Assembly (NCBI GenBank): GCA_047150005.1 | Contig: AP038806.1 | Span: forward strand, 1,824,001-1,888,000 | DNA: 64,000 nucleotides | Source: Nitrospira sp. | GTDB taxonomy: Bacteria; Nitrospirota; Nitrospiria; Nitrospirales; Nitrospiraceae | Reading direction: 5' to 3' | Shown here: positions 8,773 through 19,393 of the stretch, in pieces | Numbering within the stretch: the first letter of the stretch is position 1 | Layout: each line of letters begins with the position of its first letter | Notes under the pieces: generated by a model | What the model was told of the DNA's origin: nothing | The model's input: the letters and a program-made list of their open reading frames with translations, nothing else | Database searches by the model: none | Position numbers and translations under genes: made by a program

Positions 8773-9945
8773 TCAGTGCTTTAATTTCTTGACGCGCTGC
8801 TGCACGAGGGCAATGCGGTCAGCTTCCTCGGGAATGCCGTCCGCCAAGACCAGATAGGTCTCATACTCAGTGAGCGCCCGTTTGGGATTCGCGGGCTCGA
8901 CGGTTTCCGCCAAGTTGAAGCGAGCGATCGCATAGTTGGGTCGCAGGATGATGGCCTTTTCGAAGGCCGCCTGGGCCGCCGTCTTGTCGCCGAGCTTGAG
9001 GTATACCGAGCCGAGATTGTTGAGGGTATCCGGCGTATTGGGCCGGATCGCCAACGACTGCAGCATTTCGCTTTTCGCCTTTTCGTATTGTCCGAGTCCA
9101 AAGAGCGCCTGACCGTATTTGTGGTGAACTTCCGCCTGCCACACTTTATTTGTGAATCCGCTCGAAATAGCCTTCTGGTAGGCGTCCGCCGCAACGCGAT
9201 AATTCTGTGGTCCGCAGTACGAGAGTTGAGCGGCCTGTCCTCGGGCGAACTGCTGGAGCGATGCAAACGGTTCTTTGTCCTCTGATCCCTGTGGATCGAT
9301 CCGTTGTCCTTCCTTCTGGGTGCCGGTCGACTTCAAACGGGCCAGGAACTCGCGGCGGTAGGGAGAGAAAAGTCTGACATAGGGATCGGTCGTGATCGAG
9401 GCCTGCAACAAGGTCGGGCGCTCTCTGAAGCCGATCACTAAATACTGGGTGGTCGTTTTCTCGTCGCCTGTTTCGTAGAGGGCGGAAGAATCGAAGCTCG
9501 ATTCGGTCGACAAGCCCGGGACGTGGAGATAGAATTCCGTGACCGGTTTGAGCAGAGACAGAGTGTGCCGGAGCGTCGGATACGGTTTCAGATCCAGGCC
9601 GCTGCGAAACGTATAGAGGACGCCGGCGAGAATTCCGTCTTCGTCGAAAAAATACGACTCGTCCCCGTGCAGAGGGCTTTGATCGGTGGGGACCATGAAC
9701 TCCTGCCCCGTGCCCCACGGCGTCACTTTCAGGGAAGAGAGCGCATGCCGTTGGAGAAAATGCTCCTTCCGCTCGCACAGCGAATCCGATTTCAAAAGTG
9801 CAAGGTCGCTTTCTGACGGAGGAAGGTTGGCTTGCCGTGGGTTCGGCGTTTCACAGGATCCCAGCAAGAAGGCCAGCCCAACGAGGCATGCGGCAACGAC
9901 ACCGGTTCCGCGAGGAGGTTCGTAGCGCGCTTCCGGAAGAATCAT
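8773..9945 (-). CDS. Tetratricopeptide-repeat lipoprotein (start uncertain)
   Basis: Lipobox-like LLGSC; C-terminal TPRs ('NNLGSVYLKLGD...AFEKAIILRPNYAIARFNLA'). Confidence 0.8.
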   Translation of the reverse strand: MILPEARYEPPRGTGVVAACLVGLAFLLGSCETPNPRQANLPPSESDLALLKSDSLCERKEHFLQRHALSSLKVTPWGTGQEFMVPTDQSPLHGDESYFFDEDGILAGVLYTFRSGLDLKPYPTLRHTLSLLKPVTEFYLHVPGLSTESSFDSSALYETGDEKTTTQYLVIGFRERPTLLQASITTDPYVRLFSPYRREFLARLKSTGTQKEGQRIDPQGSEDKEPFASLQQFARGQAAQLSYCGPQNYRVAADAYQKAISSGFTNKVWQAEVHHKYGQALFGLGQYEKAKSEMLQSLAIRPNTPDTLNNLGSVYLKLGDKTAAQAAFEKAIILRPNYAIARFNLAETVEPANPKRALTEYETYLVLADGIPEEADRIALVQQRVKKLKH

Positions 9946-10067
9946 GCAGCCGAGGATACAGAAACTTTCTGGTGTTTGCCAGCCGCGCAACGGCCGTCGA
10001 CTGTGTTCCCTTGAAGGAACGCAGTCGAGGACTCTGACACGTTTAGTTCATTGAGAAGGGAGTCGAA

Positions 10068-10409
10068 TCAGCGACGCTGGTTGTCCAACATCGAGTCTTC
10101 GCTGGTGTAGCCGAAGAGATAGGGTACCTTGCTCGACAAGCCGTAGAAGATCGGGCGGTTAATCCCGTAGTCAAGCGCCTGCCCGGCCGGATGGAGAACA
10201 AAGGCCGTCCACCGCAATGGGTGGTCGTTCAACGGCGCGCCGGCCGCAACATCGGTATAGACCAGCGAGGTACTGTCCATGACACTGTAGATACTGGCAG
10301 GTGCGGCATAATCCCCATTCGCATCGACCGTCTGTTTGTTGGCTGTGCAACCTGCAAGCGCCAGCAGCAGGAGGGCTCCCATGGCACGAGCTGTCGTCTT
10401 CATGTGCAC
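10068..10409 (-). CDS. Hypothetical lipoprotein
   Basis: Lipobox LAGC after hydrophobic signal; GAGGGG RBS. Confidence 0.7.
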   Translation of the reverse strand: MHMKTTARAMGALLLLALAGCTANKQTVDANGDYAAPASIYSVMDSTSLVYTDVAAGAPLNDHPLRWTAFVLHPAGQALDYGINRPIFYGLSSKVPYLFGYTSEDSMLDNQRR

Positions 10410-10539
10410 CCCTCTTAGTCTGTAGAGTTCGATGTAGACGAACTGAAGTGTAGCCGACCTCCGGAGATCTGTCCAGAATTCGGGAGATTTCGGTCGGGAG
10501 AACTCAGACTGGCGGTGGCACAGGCCCTTGCGCCGCAGA

Positions 10540-10614
10540 TGGTGGGCGATACAGGTATCGAACCTGTGGCCTCTTCCGTGTGAAGGAAGCGCTCTGCCAC
10601 TGAGCTAATCGCCC
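10540..10614 (-). tRNA. tRNA-Val(CAC)
   Basis: GGGCGAT...ATCGCCC-A-CCA; anticodon arm CTTCC-TTCACAC-GGAAG; promoter TTGAAC-17-TAGACT at 10653-10625. Confidence 0.97.
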
Positions 10615-10715
10615 ACGAAAAGCGAGTCTAGCATGGCCCTGGCCGCCGTTCAACGCAAGAACGCTGCCTCTTCTGGGTTTTTCGCGGATTCTTGCGAATG
10701 TCCGTCACGGTTGCC

Positions 10716-10745
10716 TTGACATCCTCAAAATGAGATTCTTACAAT
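10716..10745 (+). promoter_or_regulatory. sigma70 promoter of trmFO operon
   Basis: TTGACA-18-TACAAT. Confidence 0.6.
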
Positions 10746-10783
10746 GCGCATCCTCCTGGAAATCCCTCTTGAGACCCCGGTTC

Positions 10784-12100
10784 ATGCGTCAGGACATCGT
10801 CATTATCGGCGGCGGGTTAGCCGGATCCGAAGCGGCCTGGCAGGCGGCCAACCGCGGGGCCAAAGTCACGCTCTACGAAATGCGTCCGAAGGAAATGACG
10901 CCGGCCCACAAGACGGGGGGCCTGGCCGAACTGGTCTGCTCGAACTCGCTCGGATCCGCGGATTCGACGAGCGCCCCGGGAATCCTGAAAGAGGAAATGC
11001 GCCGGCTCGGTTCGCTGGTCATTCGGGCCGCGGAACAGGCGCGCGTTCCGGCCGGAGCGGCCTTGGCGGTCGATCGGGAACGGTTTTCCTCCCACGTGAC
11101 CCAGGCCCTTGAGAGCCATGGCAACATTCGGATCCTGCATGAGGAGATCACGGAGATTCCTCAGGACTGCGTCTGTGTCATCGCGACGGGACCGTTGACG
11201 TCCGACAAACTATCGCGGGCGATCGGCGCCCTCGCCCACTCGCGCCATCTGTACTTCTATGACGCGATCTCGCCGATCGTCGATGCCGACTCCATCGACA
11301 TGAACGTGGTCTTTCGTGCGTCGCGCTACCAGAAGGGGGGAGACGACTATCTGAACTGCCCGATGGACGAGGCGACGTACGACAAGTTTTACGAAGCCTT
11401 GCTTGTGGCCGAAAAAGTGCAGCCGAAGGAATTCGAAAAAACCCCATATTTCGAGGCCTGTCTTCCGATCGAAGTCATGGCGGAACGCGGGCGTCAGACC
11501 ATGCAGTTCGGGCCGCTGAAACCGGTGGGGCTCCTGGATCCCCGGACCGGGCGACGACCGTTTGCGGTCGTTCAGTTGCGCACGGAGAACTGGCATGGAT
11601 CCTGTTATAACCTGGTCGGGTTCCAGACCAAGCTGACCTATGGCGAGCAGAAGCGGGTCTTTCGGATGATCCCGGGCTTGGAACAGGCGGAATTTCTCCG
11701 CTACGGCAGTCTTCACCGCAATACGTTCATCAATGCGCCCCAGCTGCTTCGCAACACGCTTCAGTTCAAGGGCCGAGAATCGCTGCTGTTCGCCGGGCAG
11801 TTGGTCGGGGTCGAAGGCTATACGGATTCCGCGGCGATGGGAGGGCTCGCGGGAATCAATGCGGCTCGCGCGCTGGCCGGGGAGGCCTTGCTGTCGCCTC
11901 CGCCGACGACCGCTCACGGCAGTCTCGTGGCCCATATCACCACCTCGGATGCCGGGCATTTTCAGCCGATGAACGCGAATTTCGGCCTCTTCCCACCGCT
12001 GACCGCAGTGGTGAGGGATAAATCGCAGAAGCGTCGTCTCATCGCCCAGCGCGCGCTTACGGACTTTGCCGCATGGATGGCGCAATCCGGGCTTTCATAG
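10784..12100 (+). CDS. trmFO: Methylenetetrahydrofolate-tRNA-(uracil-54)-methyltransferase
   Basis: [41 protein letters not shown]. Confidence 0.97.
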   Translation: MRQDIVIIGGGLAGSEAAWQAANRGAKVTLYEMRPKEMTPAHKTGGLAELVCSNSLGSADSTSAPGILKEEMRRLGSLVIRAAEQARVPAGAALAVDRERFSSHVTQALESHGNIRILHEEITEIPQDCVCVIATGPLTSDKLSRAIGALAHSRHLYFYDAISPIVDADSIDMNVVFRASRYQKGGDDYLNCPMDEATYDKFYEALLVAEKVQPKEFEKTPYFEACLPIEVMAERGRQTMQFGPLKPVGLLDPRTGRRPFAVVQLRTENWHGSCYNLVGFQTKLTYGEQKRVFRMIPGLEQAEFLRYGSLHRNTFINAPQLLRNTLQFKGRESLLFAGQLVGVEGYTDSAAMGGLAGINAARALAGEALLSPPPTTAHGSLVAHITTSDAGHFQPMNANFGLFPPLTAVVRDKSQKRRLIAQRALTDFAAWMAQSGLS

Positions 12101-13026
12101 CGTTCCTCCGCGCGGAGCGGCGCGCCTCGCCCGAGACACTGCGCGGCTATACATCGGATCTGCGCCAATTTCACACCTTTCTCCTCGCCCATCGCCTCGC
12201 CATGGCCCCCGTGGATCCCGGCACTCTCTCCCGCGAGGCCGTCCGTGCCTACCTTCAGTGGCTGGATCGAGGCGGGATACGGCGCAGTTCCCTGGCGCGG
12301 AAGCTGGCCAGTCTCCGGAGCTTCTACCGATTCCTGGTGCGGGACGGACTCGTCGCGCGCGATCCCACACGGGATATCCGGACGCCGAAGCAGCCCAAGC
12401 TGCTTCCCCGGGTTCTGACGAAGGAGGAGGCGGCCGCCGTGATGGCAGGTTCCTCCACCAAACGGCCGCAATCGGCGCGCGACTGCGCGTTGCTGGAGAC
12501 GCTCTATTCGACAGGCGCCCGAGTCAGCGAGGTGGTCGCGCTGGACTTGGAAGATGTCCGCCACTCGGATGGGATCGTTCATCTACGGGGAAAGGGGCGA
12601 AAGGAACGGCTCGTGCCGATCGGAGACGTGGCGCTTCGAGCGATCGGCGAATATCTGACGCAGCACCCGATTCCCTCGCGACCGGCCGGTTCCTCGAAGC
12701 AGCCGCGGCTGCCCTTGTTTCGCAATCGCCTGGGAGGACGATTGACGACCAGGAGCGTCGCCCGCATCGTGGCGCGGCATTCCAGCGGCTTGACCGGCGG
12801 TTCGGTCAGCCCCCATACGCTGCGCCATTCGTTTGCGACGCATCTCCTCGACGAAGGAGCGGATTTGCGGTCGATTCAAGAAATGTTGGGGCATGCGTCG
12901 CTAAGTACGACTCAGAAGTATACGCATGTCACGATGGACCAACTCCTGGCCGTCTACGACAAGGCGCATCCGCGAGCCGACGCGGCCACGCGGGACCAGG
13001 AGCGGAAGACGGTCAGGCCGCGCTAG
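12073..13026 (+). CDS. xerC: Tyrosine recombinase XerC
   Basis: R-K-HxxR-H-Y catalytic set ([35 protein letters not shown]); trmFO-xerC synteny. Confidence 0.9.
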   Translation: MDGAIRAFIAFLRAERRASPETLRGYTSDLRQFHTFLLAHRLAMAPVDPGTLSREAVRAYLQWLDRGGIRRSSLARKLASLRSFYRFLVRDGLVARDPTRDIRTPKQPKLLPRVLTKEEAAAVMAGSSTKRPQSARDCALLETLYSTGARVSEVVALDLEDVRHSDGIVHLRGKGRKERLVPIGDVALRAIGEYLTQHPIPSRPAGSSKQPRLPLFRNRLGGRLTTRSVARIVARHSSGLTGGSVSPHTLRHSFATHLLDEGADLRSIQEMLGHASLSTTQKYTHVTMDQLLAVYDKAHPRADAATRDQERKTVRPR

Positions 13027-13115
13027 GATCGCCGAAGGTCAGGTCTGTGCGCGTTATCCTGATCGTGATAAGGTAGCGTTCCGAGGACACGCCCACCGTC
13101 TGTGAGGAGCACGGA

Positions 13116-14012
13116 ATGAACAAACTGATCAAGAAAGCCAATGTCCTGATCGAGGCGTTGCCCTACATCCGTACCTTCCGGGGCAAGACCGTCGTGATCA
13201 AGTACGGCGGCAATGCGATGATCGAATCCTCGCTCAAGGAACGGTTCGCGCAGGACGTCGTGCTTCTCAAGTATGTCGGTCTCAACCCGGTGATCATCCA
13301 CGGCGGCGGCCCTCAGATCGACAAGATGCTCGATCGACTCGGCATCGAATCCAAGTTCCTCCACGGCGTCCGTGTGACCAGCGAGGCCACGATGGAGATC
13401 GTGGAAATGGTGTTGGCGGGCAAGATCAACATGGAGATCACCGATCTCATCACCCGGCACGGCGGCAGCGCGGTCGGTCTCAGCGGGAAGGATGGTGGTC
13501 TCATTTTGAGCAGGCCGCTGACCGCCAAAGCTTGGGCGGAAAGCCTGGAACGGGATTTTGACGGAGACGACGCCGAAAGCGATTTCGGATTCGTCGGTGA
13601 TATTGAAAAGGTGGATCCCAGCCTGCTGCTGAAACTCCAGGGCGATCACTATATCCCCGTGATCGCTCCGATCGGGACCGATCGGGAAGGGAATACCTAC
13701 AACATCAATGCCGATTTGGTGGCGGGAGCCATCGCCGGGGCGTTGCGCGCCGAGAAATTGGTGATGATGACGGACATCAAAGGGATTCGAGATGCGAACG
13801 GTCGCCATCTCTCGACCGTTTCCCGGAAAGACGTGCAGCGCATGGTGAAGAAGGGCACGATCACAGAAGGCATGCTTCCGAAAGTCCACGCCTGTTTGGA
13901 TGCCCTCGAGCAGGGTGCCGCCAAGGCGCACATCATCGACGGGCGAACCCCGCACGCCATCCTCCTGGAAATCTTTACTCACAAAGGCATCGGAACCGAA
14001 ATCACGTCCTAA
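13116..14012 (+). CDS. argB: Acetylglutamate kinase
   Basis: EALPYI, VIKYGGNAM, HGGGPQI, YNINADLVA, GMLPKV. Confidence 0.97.
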   Translation: MNKLIKKANVLIEALPYIRTFRGKTVVIKYGGNAMIESSLKERFAQDVVLLKYVGLNPVIIHGGGPQIDKMLDRLGIESKFLHGVRVTSEATMEIVEMVLAGKINMEITDLITRHGGSAVGLSGKDGGLILSRPLTAKAWAESLERDFDGDDAESDFGFVGDIEKVDPSLLLKLQGDHYIPVIAPIGTDREGNTYNINADLVAGAIAGALRAEKLVMMTDIKGIRDANGRHLSTVSRKDVQRMVKKGTITEGMLPKVHACLDALEQGAAKAHIIDGRTPHAILLEIFTHKGIGTEITS

Positions 14013-14031
14013 TTAGCGCCGCCACTGTCTA

Positions 14032-14910
14032 GTGTCGACCCGACGCCCCACCATCCTTCGCCATCTTCGGGCGCTCGTGCGTGAACGCCACCCCGATACC
14101 GCGCCGCAAGCATTACGGCAGACTGCCGAGTACCTGACGGACGAATTTTCCAGGCACGGCTGGGCGACGACCCGACGCGCGTTTCGTGCGCGAGGCCGGG
14201 CCTTCAACAACATTCTTGCCGTCTCTCCCTCCGTCGAGCGCCGGGAACGGCCAACGGTGGCGCCGCTCCTCATCGGCGCGCATTACGACACCGTGGCCGG
14301 GAGCCCTGGGGCAGACGACAACGCAAGCGGACTGGTCGTGTTGCTCGAGTTGGCGGATCTCCTGCGCAAAGTCCCGCTGGTCAGGCCCGTGTGGTTGGCG
14401 GCGTTCAACCTCGAAGAAGAAGGACTAGTCGGAAGCAGGGCCTTTGCAAGCGAGCTCCGGCGCGCGAAGCAGCCTTTCGGCGGAGCCATCATCCTGGAGT
14501 GCGTTGGGTACGCCAGACACGAGGACGGATCGCAGCGCCAGCCGCCTGGGATTCCCATTGCCGTTCCCACGATTGGAAATTTTCTCGGCGTGATCGGCAA
14601 TGAGTCCTCCCGTGGGCTGGTCGATGCCATGGTAAGGAGCGCAAAGAGCCGGGTCCCTGCGCTGGACACGGTGAGCATGATCGTCCCGGGCCGCGGAGAA
14701 CATCTTCCCGACACCCGGCGAAGCGACCATGCCGCGTTTTGGGATGAGGGATTCCAGGCGGTCATGTTGACGGATACAGCGAACTTTAGAAATCCCCACT
14801 ACCATCAACCGACCGACGGCATTGAAACCTTGAATCTCGATTTTATCGAGCGGGTAACCGACGCGGTGTCAGCCATGGTTCAGTCGATCCCGGAGCAGGG
14901 TTCCGAATGA
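14032..14910 (+). CDS. M28 family metallopeptidase
   Basis: GAHYD, GADDNASG, NLEEEG, RSDHAAF, YHQPTD. Confidence 0.9.
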   Translation: MSTRRPTILRHLRALVRERHPDTAPQALRQTAEYLTDEFSRHGWATTRRAFRARGRAFNNILAVSPSVERRERPTVAPLLIGAHYDTVAGSPGADDNASGLVVLLELADLLRKVPLVRPVWLAAFNLEEEGLVGSRAFASELRRAKQPFGGAIILECVGYARHEDGSQRQPPGIPIAVPTIGNFLGVIGNESSRGLVDAMVRSAKSRVPALDTVSMIVPGRGEHLPDTRRSDHAAFWDEGFQAVMLTDTANFRNPHYHQPTDGIETLNLDFIERVTDAVSAMVQSIPEQGSE

Positions 14911-15632
14911 AGGACCGTCGCGTGATCCAACCCTCGACCAGCGCGGTCATTCGAGGGGTATTCGATCGCCTCGAATATCGGACGCTCGGAAGAGTCTATT
15001 GCTATGAGGGAGGGGATGAATTCTGGCGCGCCAAACGCAAGCCCTGCCTGAAGTTGGGACTTCGCGTTGCCCGTACCCTTGTCTCGAAATTGCCTCGAGC
15101 GGGACGCAGCTTGTATGTCGGGGCGGGCGTGGCGGAATTGCCGGTGCTCTTGGCGGAAGCTCTTGAACTGGGTCGCCAGACCCTGGCGTACAATCTCCGT
15201 CGGCTCGAAGTGGCTGCGCTCAATCGTGTCTGCCGCGGAACCGGCGTGCGCTTCATAGCAACGGACGCTGCCGCGGCGTCAGGCGTCTATGATCACATCT
15301 GGATCGTCAGCGTCTTGAATGACCCTGAGCGATTCCCGCACCTCGCGCCGTTGTCGTATGGACGCGCGGATCCCGTCACCTTCGACCCTGTCGAGTTCCA
15401 AAAAGAGCGTCGAGTCGTGCAGTCGATCGTGGACCGGTGCCTGCCCAAGCTGCGGTTACCGGGAGTGGTGACCACGTCGGTCGAGGAAGTGATATGGGTT
15501 GCCGATTGGTGTCACCGGCGCCGGATTCCCTACCTTGTGGAGCGGCGTCAATATCCCACCGCGTTGGTCGGGGATCCAATCTGTATCATGAGAATCGGGG
15601 CGCGACGGAAAAGAAACCAGCGAAGGCGCTAG
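14907..15632 (+). CDS. Hypothetical protein, possible class I SAM-binding fold
   Basis: ATGA overlap with peptidase; 'SLYVGAG' motif-I-like, 'YDHIWIVSVL'. Confidence 0.55.
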   Translation: MKDRRVIQPSTSAVIRGVFDRLEYRTLGRVYCYEGGDEFWRAKRKPCLKLGLRVARTLVSKLPRAGRSLYVGAGVAELPVLLAEALELGRQTLAYNLRRLEVAALNRVCRGTGVRFIATDAAAASGVYDHIWIVSVLNDPERFPHLAPLSYGRADPVTFDPVEFQKERRVVQSIVDRCLPKLRLPGVVTTSVEEVIWVADWCHRRRIPYLVERRQYPTALVGDPICIMRIGARRKRNQRRR

Positions 15633-16168
15633 AGACGAAATCCGGGCGGCGATGAGGAGCCGCCGCCCATGTAGAGTCGCGCATACCTGACGTAATTCTG
15701 AGCGGACTCGCTGATCCAGGCTAATTCCTTTTCCGTCACGGGTCGTTTGACTCTTGCCGGAGAACCCAGGACGAGACTCTTCGGGGGCACGACCGTCCCT
15801 TCGGTGATCAACGAGCCGGCGCCGATGACGGAATCCTCTCCGATCTGCGCCCCGTCCATCACGATCGATCCCATGCCAACTAGGACGCGATCCTTAATCG
15901 TGCACCCGTGCAGCACCACGCTGTGGCCGATCGTGACATCGTCGCCGATGATCAGCGGGTGCGTGTCGTGAGTGACGTGCAACATGGACAGATCCTGAAC
16001 GTTGGTGCGATGTCCGATGCGGATAAAGTGAACGTCGCCCCGGATAACGGCATGGAACCACACACTGCAGTTTTCCCCCATCGCCACGTCACCGATGACG
16101 ATCCCGGTGTCTTCGACGTAGCAGGAGGCAGGAACGGTGGGTGTGATTCCTTGGAAGGTACGAAGCAT
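15629..16168 (-). CDS. Gamma carbonic anhydrase family (YrdA-like) hexapeptide-repeat protein
   Basis: IGDV, VIRGDV, TNVQD, LHVTH, IGHSVVLHGC. Confidence 0.92.
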   Translation of the reverse strand: MLRTFQGITPTVPASCYVEDTGIVIGDVAMGENCSVWFHAVIRGDVHFIRIGHRTNVQDLSMLHVTHDTHPLIIGDDVTIGHSVVLHGCTIKDRVLVGMGSIVMDGAQIGEDSVIGAGSLITEGTVVPPKSLVLGSPARVKRPVTEKELAWISESAQNYVRYARLYMGGGSSSPPGFRL

Positions 16169-16174
16169 GGCCTC

Positions 16175-16240
16175 ACGATAGGGGAAGCGGCCACCGTCTG
16201 CAAGCGCTATTTGACAGTCTTTTTGCCGGTCCCGTAGACT
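16175..16240. promoter_or_regulatory. Back-to-back promoters of gamma-CA (leaderless) and rimO (near-leaderless)
   Basis: Minus TTGCAG-17-TATCGT-6nt-ATG; plus TTGACA-18-TAGACT-8nt-ATG. Confidence 0.55.
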
Positions 16241-16248
16241 GATCGGCC

Positions 16249-17760
16249 ATGGCATCGCTCATTCAGATCTCCGGCGCAGGGAAGAGACCCCACCTCGCGG
16301 GAGCCAGGTCAAGAGAAGGGGACGGGCACCGGTCTTCACGGAAGGTGTCGTCCGGAGCCAGTCCCCTGAAGACGACCATCGGGTTCGTGAATCTAGGCTG
16401 CTCCAAGAATCAGGTCGATTCCGAGATCATGCTCGGGACGCTCGTTCACGACGGGTTTGAGCTGACCACCGATCCGAAGAAGGCGGAGGTGGTCATCATC
16501 AACACCTGCGGCTTTATTGAGGAGGCCAAGCAGGAATCCATCGACACCATTCTCGATCACAGCAAGCTGAAACAGACAGGGTCCTGCAAGGTCCTCATTG
16601 CCGCCGGCTGTCTGGCACAACGTTATCAAGGCGATCTCCGGAAAGAGTTGCCGGAATTGGACGGCGTGGTGGGAACGGGCGAGTTCGGACGGATCGCGGA
16701 GATCTGCCGTGATCTCCTGGCGCCGAAGAAGCGGCATCGGCGCGTATGGCTCAGCAAACCGCCCTATCTGTACGACGAGCTGGCTCCACGTCTGCGGCTC
16801 GGCGCCGGCCACAGCGCCTACGTCAAGATTGCGGAGGGCTGTAACCGCAACTGCGCGTTCTGCGCGATCCCGCTGATGAGGGGGAAACAACGCAGCCGGC
16901 CGGTGGAGTCCATCGTGGCCGAAGCGCATCGCCTGGTGTCCGAGGGTGTGAAGGAGATCAACCTGATCTCGCAGGACACCGTCAACTACGGCGTCGACCT
17001 CGGAATCCGCAACGGGCTCGTGGCACTCCTTCGGGGGTTGGTGAAGGTGAACGGTCTGCTCTGGATCAGACCGTTCTACCTCTATCCGCAACAAGTCACC
17101 GATGAGCTGCTCGACCTGTATGCCGGCGAGGAGAAGATCGCGAAATATATCGACATGCCGTTGCAGCATATCACCGATCGCATGCTGAATCGGATGCATC
17201 GGTTGGGAGATCGCGCGGCCATCGAACGGTTGGTGGAACGTATTCGACGGCGCATTCCCGGCGTGACCTTTCGAACGGCGTTCATCGTCGGGTTTCCCGG
17301 TGAAATGGAGGCCGACTTTGACGCGCTGAAGCGTTATGTGGAGCGCGCCGAGTTCGACCGGGTGGCGGCGTTCCTCTACTCCGATGAGGAAGACACTCCT
17401 GCTGTCGCCCTGGACGACAAACTCGACCGGGCGGTTATGGAAGAACGCCGCAACGAACTGCTGGCCGTCCAGGAATCCATCGCCGCTGCGAAAGGCCGGG
17501 AAAAAATCGGCACGGTGATGGAGGTGTTGGTCGACGGATCTTCAGAAGAGACGGAGCATCTGCTCCAAGGACGTCACCAAGGCTTGGCACCGGAGATCGA
17601 CGGAGTCGTGTACATCAATGACGGGCTCGCCGCGGCCGGCGACACAGTGAAGGTCGAGATCACCGATTCGGGAATCTACGATCTCGTCGGGCACATCGTC
17701 AACCATCGGCCCTCGCCGGCGCCCCGCGCACAGACTGTGCGGGAACGGGGCCGCCGTTGA
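16249..17760 (+). CDS. rimO: Ribosomal protein S12 methylthiotransferase
   Basis: LGCSKNQVDSE, NTCGFI, radical SAM CNRNCAFC, APEIDG TRAM domain. Confidence 0.96.
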   Translation: MASLIQISGAGKRPHLAGARSREGDGHRSSRKVSSGASPLKTTIGFVNLGCSKNQVDSEIMLGTLVHDGFELTTDPKKAEVVIINTCGFIEEAKQESIDTILDHSKLKQTGSCKVLIAAGCLAQRYQGDLRKELPELDGVVGTGEFGRIAEICRDLLAPKKRHRRVWLSKPPYLYDELAPRLRLGAGHSAYVKIAEGCNRNCAFCAIPLMRGKQRSRPVESIVAEAHRLVSEGVKEINLISQDTVNYGVDLGIRNGLVALLRGLVKVNGLLWIRPFYLYPQQVTDELLDLYAGEEKIAKYIDMPLQHITDRMLNRMHRLGDRAAIERLVERIRRRIPGVTFRTAFIVGFPGEMEADFDALKRYVERAEFDRVAAFLYSDEEDTPAVALDDKLDRAVMEERRNELLAVQESIAAAKGREKIGTVMEVLVDGSSEETEHLLQGRHQGLAPEIDGVVYINDGLAAAGDTVKVEITDSGIYDLVGHIVNHRPSPAPRAQTVRERGRR

Positions 17761-17788
17761 CGGCGCGCCCCGTTCTCGCCGAACCCCC

Positions 17789-19294
17789 TTACACCTTTGC
17801 GCTCAGAAACAAGGCATTGCCGCGGCGATTGATGAGAATCAGAATGTTGTCGCCTTTTTTCACGGCGGAGGAGACCTTCTCAAACTCTTTCACCGACTTG
17901 ACCGGCTGACGGTTGAGTTCCCGGATCACGTCGCCCGGCATCAGCCCTGCCTTGTCCGCGCCGCTGTCCGGCTCCACGCTGGTCACCACCACCCCCTGTG
18001 CCTTGCCCTTCAGACCCAATTCTCGGGCCGTATCCCTATCCAGATCTTGCACGGCCAGGCCGGCGAAGGCATAGTCCCTCTCAACGGATTCCGCTTTGGC
18101 GACCTTCGACGTGTCGGGCTGCTCCCCGATCGTGACCGTCACCTCCCGCTCATGACCTTCGCGGACGAGTTTGAGCGTCGTCTTGGCACCGACCGGCGTC
18201 CTCGTCACCATCCGTTGCAAGGCCACGGCGTCTTCCACCGGCGAGCCCTGATAGGAGACGATCACATCGCCCTGCTTGAGACCTCCCTGGTCGGCGGGGC
18301 TGTCCTCTCTGACGTCGCTGACGAGCGCGCCCTTGGCTTCCTTCATGCCAAAGGATGCGGCGAGGTCGCCGTTCAGGTCCTGAATGCCGATGCCGAGAAA
18401 TCCGCGCACGACTTTCCCGTTCTTGATCAGGCTATCGTAAATCGGTTTGCTCATGCTGGTTGGCACCGCGAAGCCCACGCCTTGATAGCCGCCTGTCTGC
18501 GAAAAGATCGCGGTGTTGATGCCGACGAGTTCGCCTTTGGTGTTCACGAGGGCGCCGCCGGAATTTCCCGGATTGATCGCCGCGTCGGTTTGGATGAAGT
18601 CTTCGTATTGGGTGATGCCCATGCGGCCTCGGCCCAAGGCGCTGACGATGCCGAGGGTGACGGTGGAGTTGAGGCCGAAGGGATTCCCCACGGCGAGAAC
18701 ATACTCGCCGACCTGCAACTTGGAGGCATCTCCCCAAATGACGGTCGGCAGCTTCTGTGCGTCGATCTTGACGACCGCCAGGTCCGTCTTCGGATCGGTC
18801 CCGACGATCTTGCCTTTGAACTCCCGCTTGTCCGGCAGGGTCACGGTGACTTCTCGGGCTCCGTCGATCACGTGATTGTTGGTCAGAATATAGCCGTCGG
18901 CCGAGACGATGACGCCCGAGCCCTGTCCGCCTCCTCGGTGTCCGCGGGGTTCCGGCGGGGCCTGCGGCCCGCGGAATCCGCGCGGGCCGAACGGCCCGCC
19001 GAAGAACTCCTCCATTCGCTCGCGCAACTCGTCCGGGACGTTCCGGCCGTCCCCTCCCTTGTCCGTCAGGACCGTCGTGATGTTCACGACGGCGGGAGTC
19101 ACGGCTTTGGCCACGTCTGTGAATCCGGCGGCGGGAGCTGTCATGGGAGCCGCCGTCGCAACCGGCGACGCGCCCGGCGATTCCGATGCGTGGGAAGCCA
19201 TGAACGGTTGAGCGCTCAAGAGCAGGGTCGCGCCGAGCACAACGATACCGACTGCAAGACCGACTTTCCTGCCGATTCTATGAAGCGACGACAT
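17789..19294 (-). CDS. degP: Do/DegP (HtrA) family periplasmic serine protease with two PDZ domains
   Basis: Signal peptide, TNNHV, DLAVVKI, IQTDAAINPGNSGGAL, two PDZ; AAGGAGG RBS. Confidence 0.92.
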   Translation of the reverse strand: MSSLHRIGRKVGLAVGIVVLGATLLLSAQPFMASHASESPGASPVATAAPMTAPAAGFTDVAKAVTPAVVNITTVLTDKGGDGRNVPDELRERMEEFFGGPFGPRGFRGPQAPPEPRGHRGGGQGSGVIVSADGYILTNNHVIDGAREVTVTLPDKREFKGKIVGTDPKTDLAVVKIDAQKLPTVIWGDASKLQVGEYVLAVGNPFGLNSTVTLGIVSALGRGRMGITQYEDFIQTDAAINPGNSGGALVNTKGELVGINTAIFSQTGGYQGVGFAVPTSMSKPIYDSLIKNGKVVRGFLGIGIQDLNGDLAASFGMKEAKGALVSDVREDSPADQGGLKQGDVIVSYQGSPVEDAVALQRMVTRTPVGAKTTLKLVREGHEREVTVTIGEQPDTSKVAKAESVERDYAFAGLAVQDLDRDTARELGLKGKAQGVVVTSVEPDSGADKAGLMPGDVIRELNRQPVKSVKEFEKVSSAVKKGDNILILINRRGNALFLSAKV

Positions 19295-19344
19295 TGCGAC
19301 CTCCTTGCTGATAATGACCGGAAGATGTGTTGACCCGCAGACAG

Positions 19345-19390
19345 ACAGTAACAACCGGCAATGAGAAGCGGATTAGGAAGGAATTAAAAG
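19345..19390 (-). promoter_or_regulatory. Three 11-bp-phased direct repeats (OmpR-type operator) plus -10 upstream of degP
   Basis: Minus strand CTTTTAAT/TTCCTAAT/CTTCTCAT at 11-bp period followed by TACTGT. Confidence 0.55.
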
Positions 19391-19393
19391 GCG

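Noticed and set aside
10516..10532. TGGCACAGGCCCTTGC as a sigma54 promoter
   Set aside because: GG-to-GC spacing is 11, not 10, and it points antisense into tRNA-Val
12073..13026. Tyrosine recombinase as the integron integrase for the attC-like sites
   Set aside because: Sits in housekeeping trmFO-xerC context, lacks the IntI-specific insertion before the HxxR motif, and is 14 kb from the cassettes
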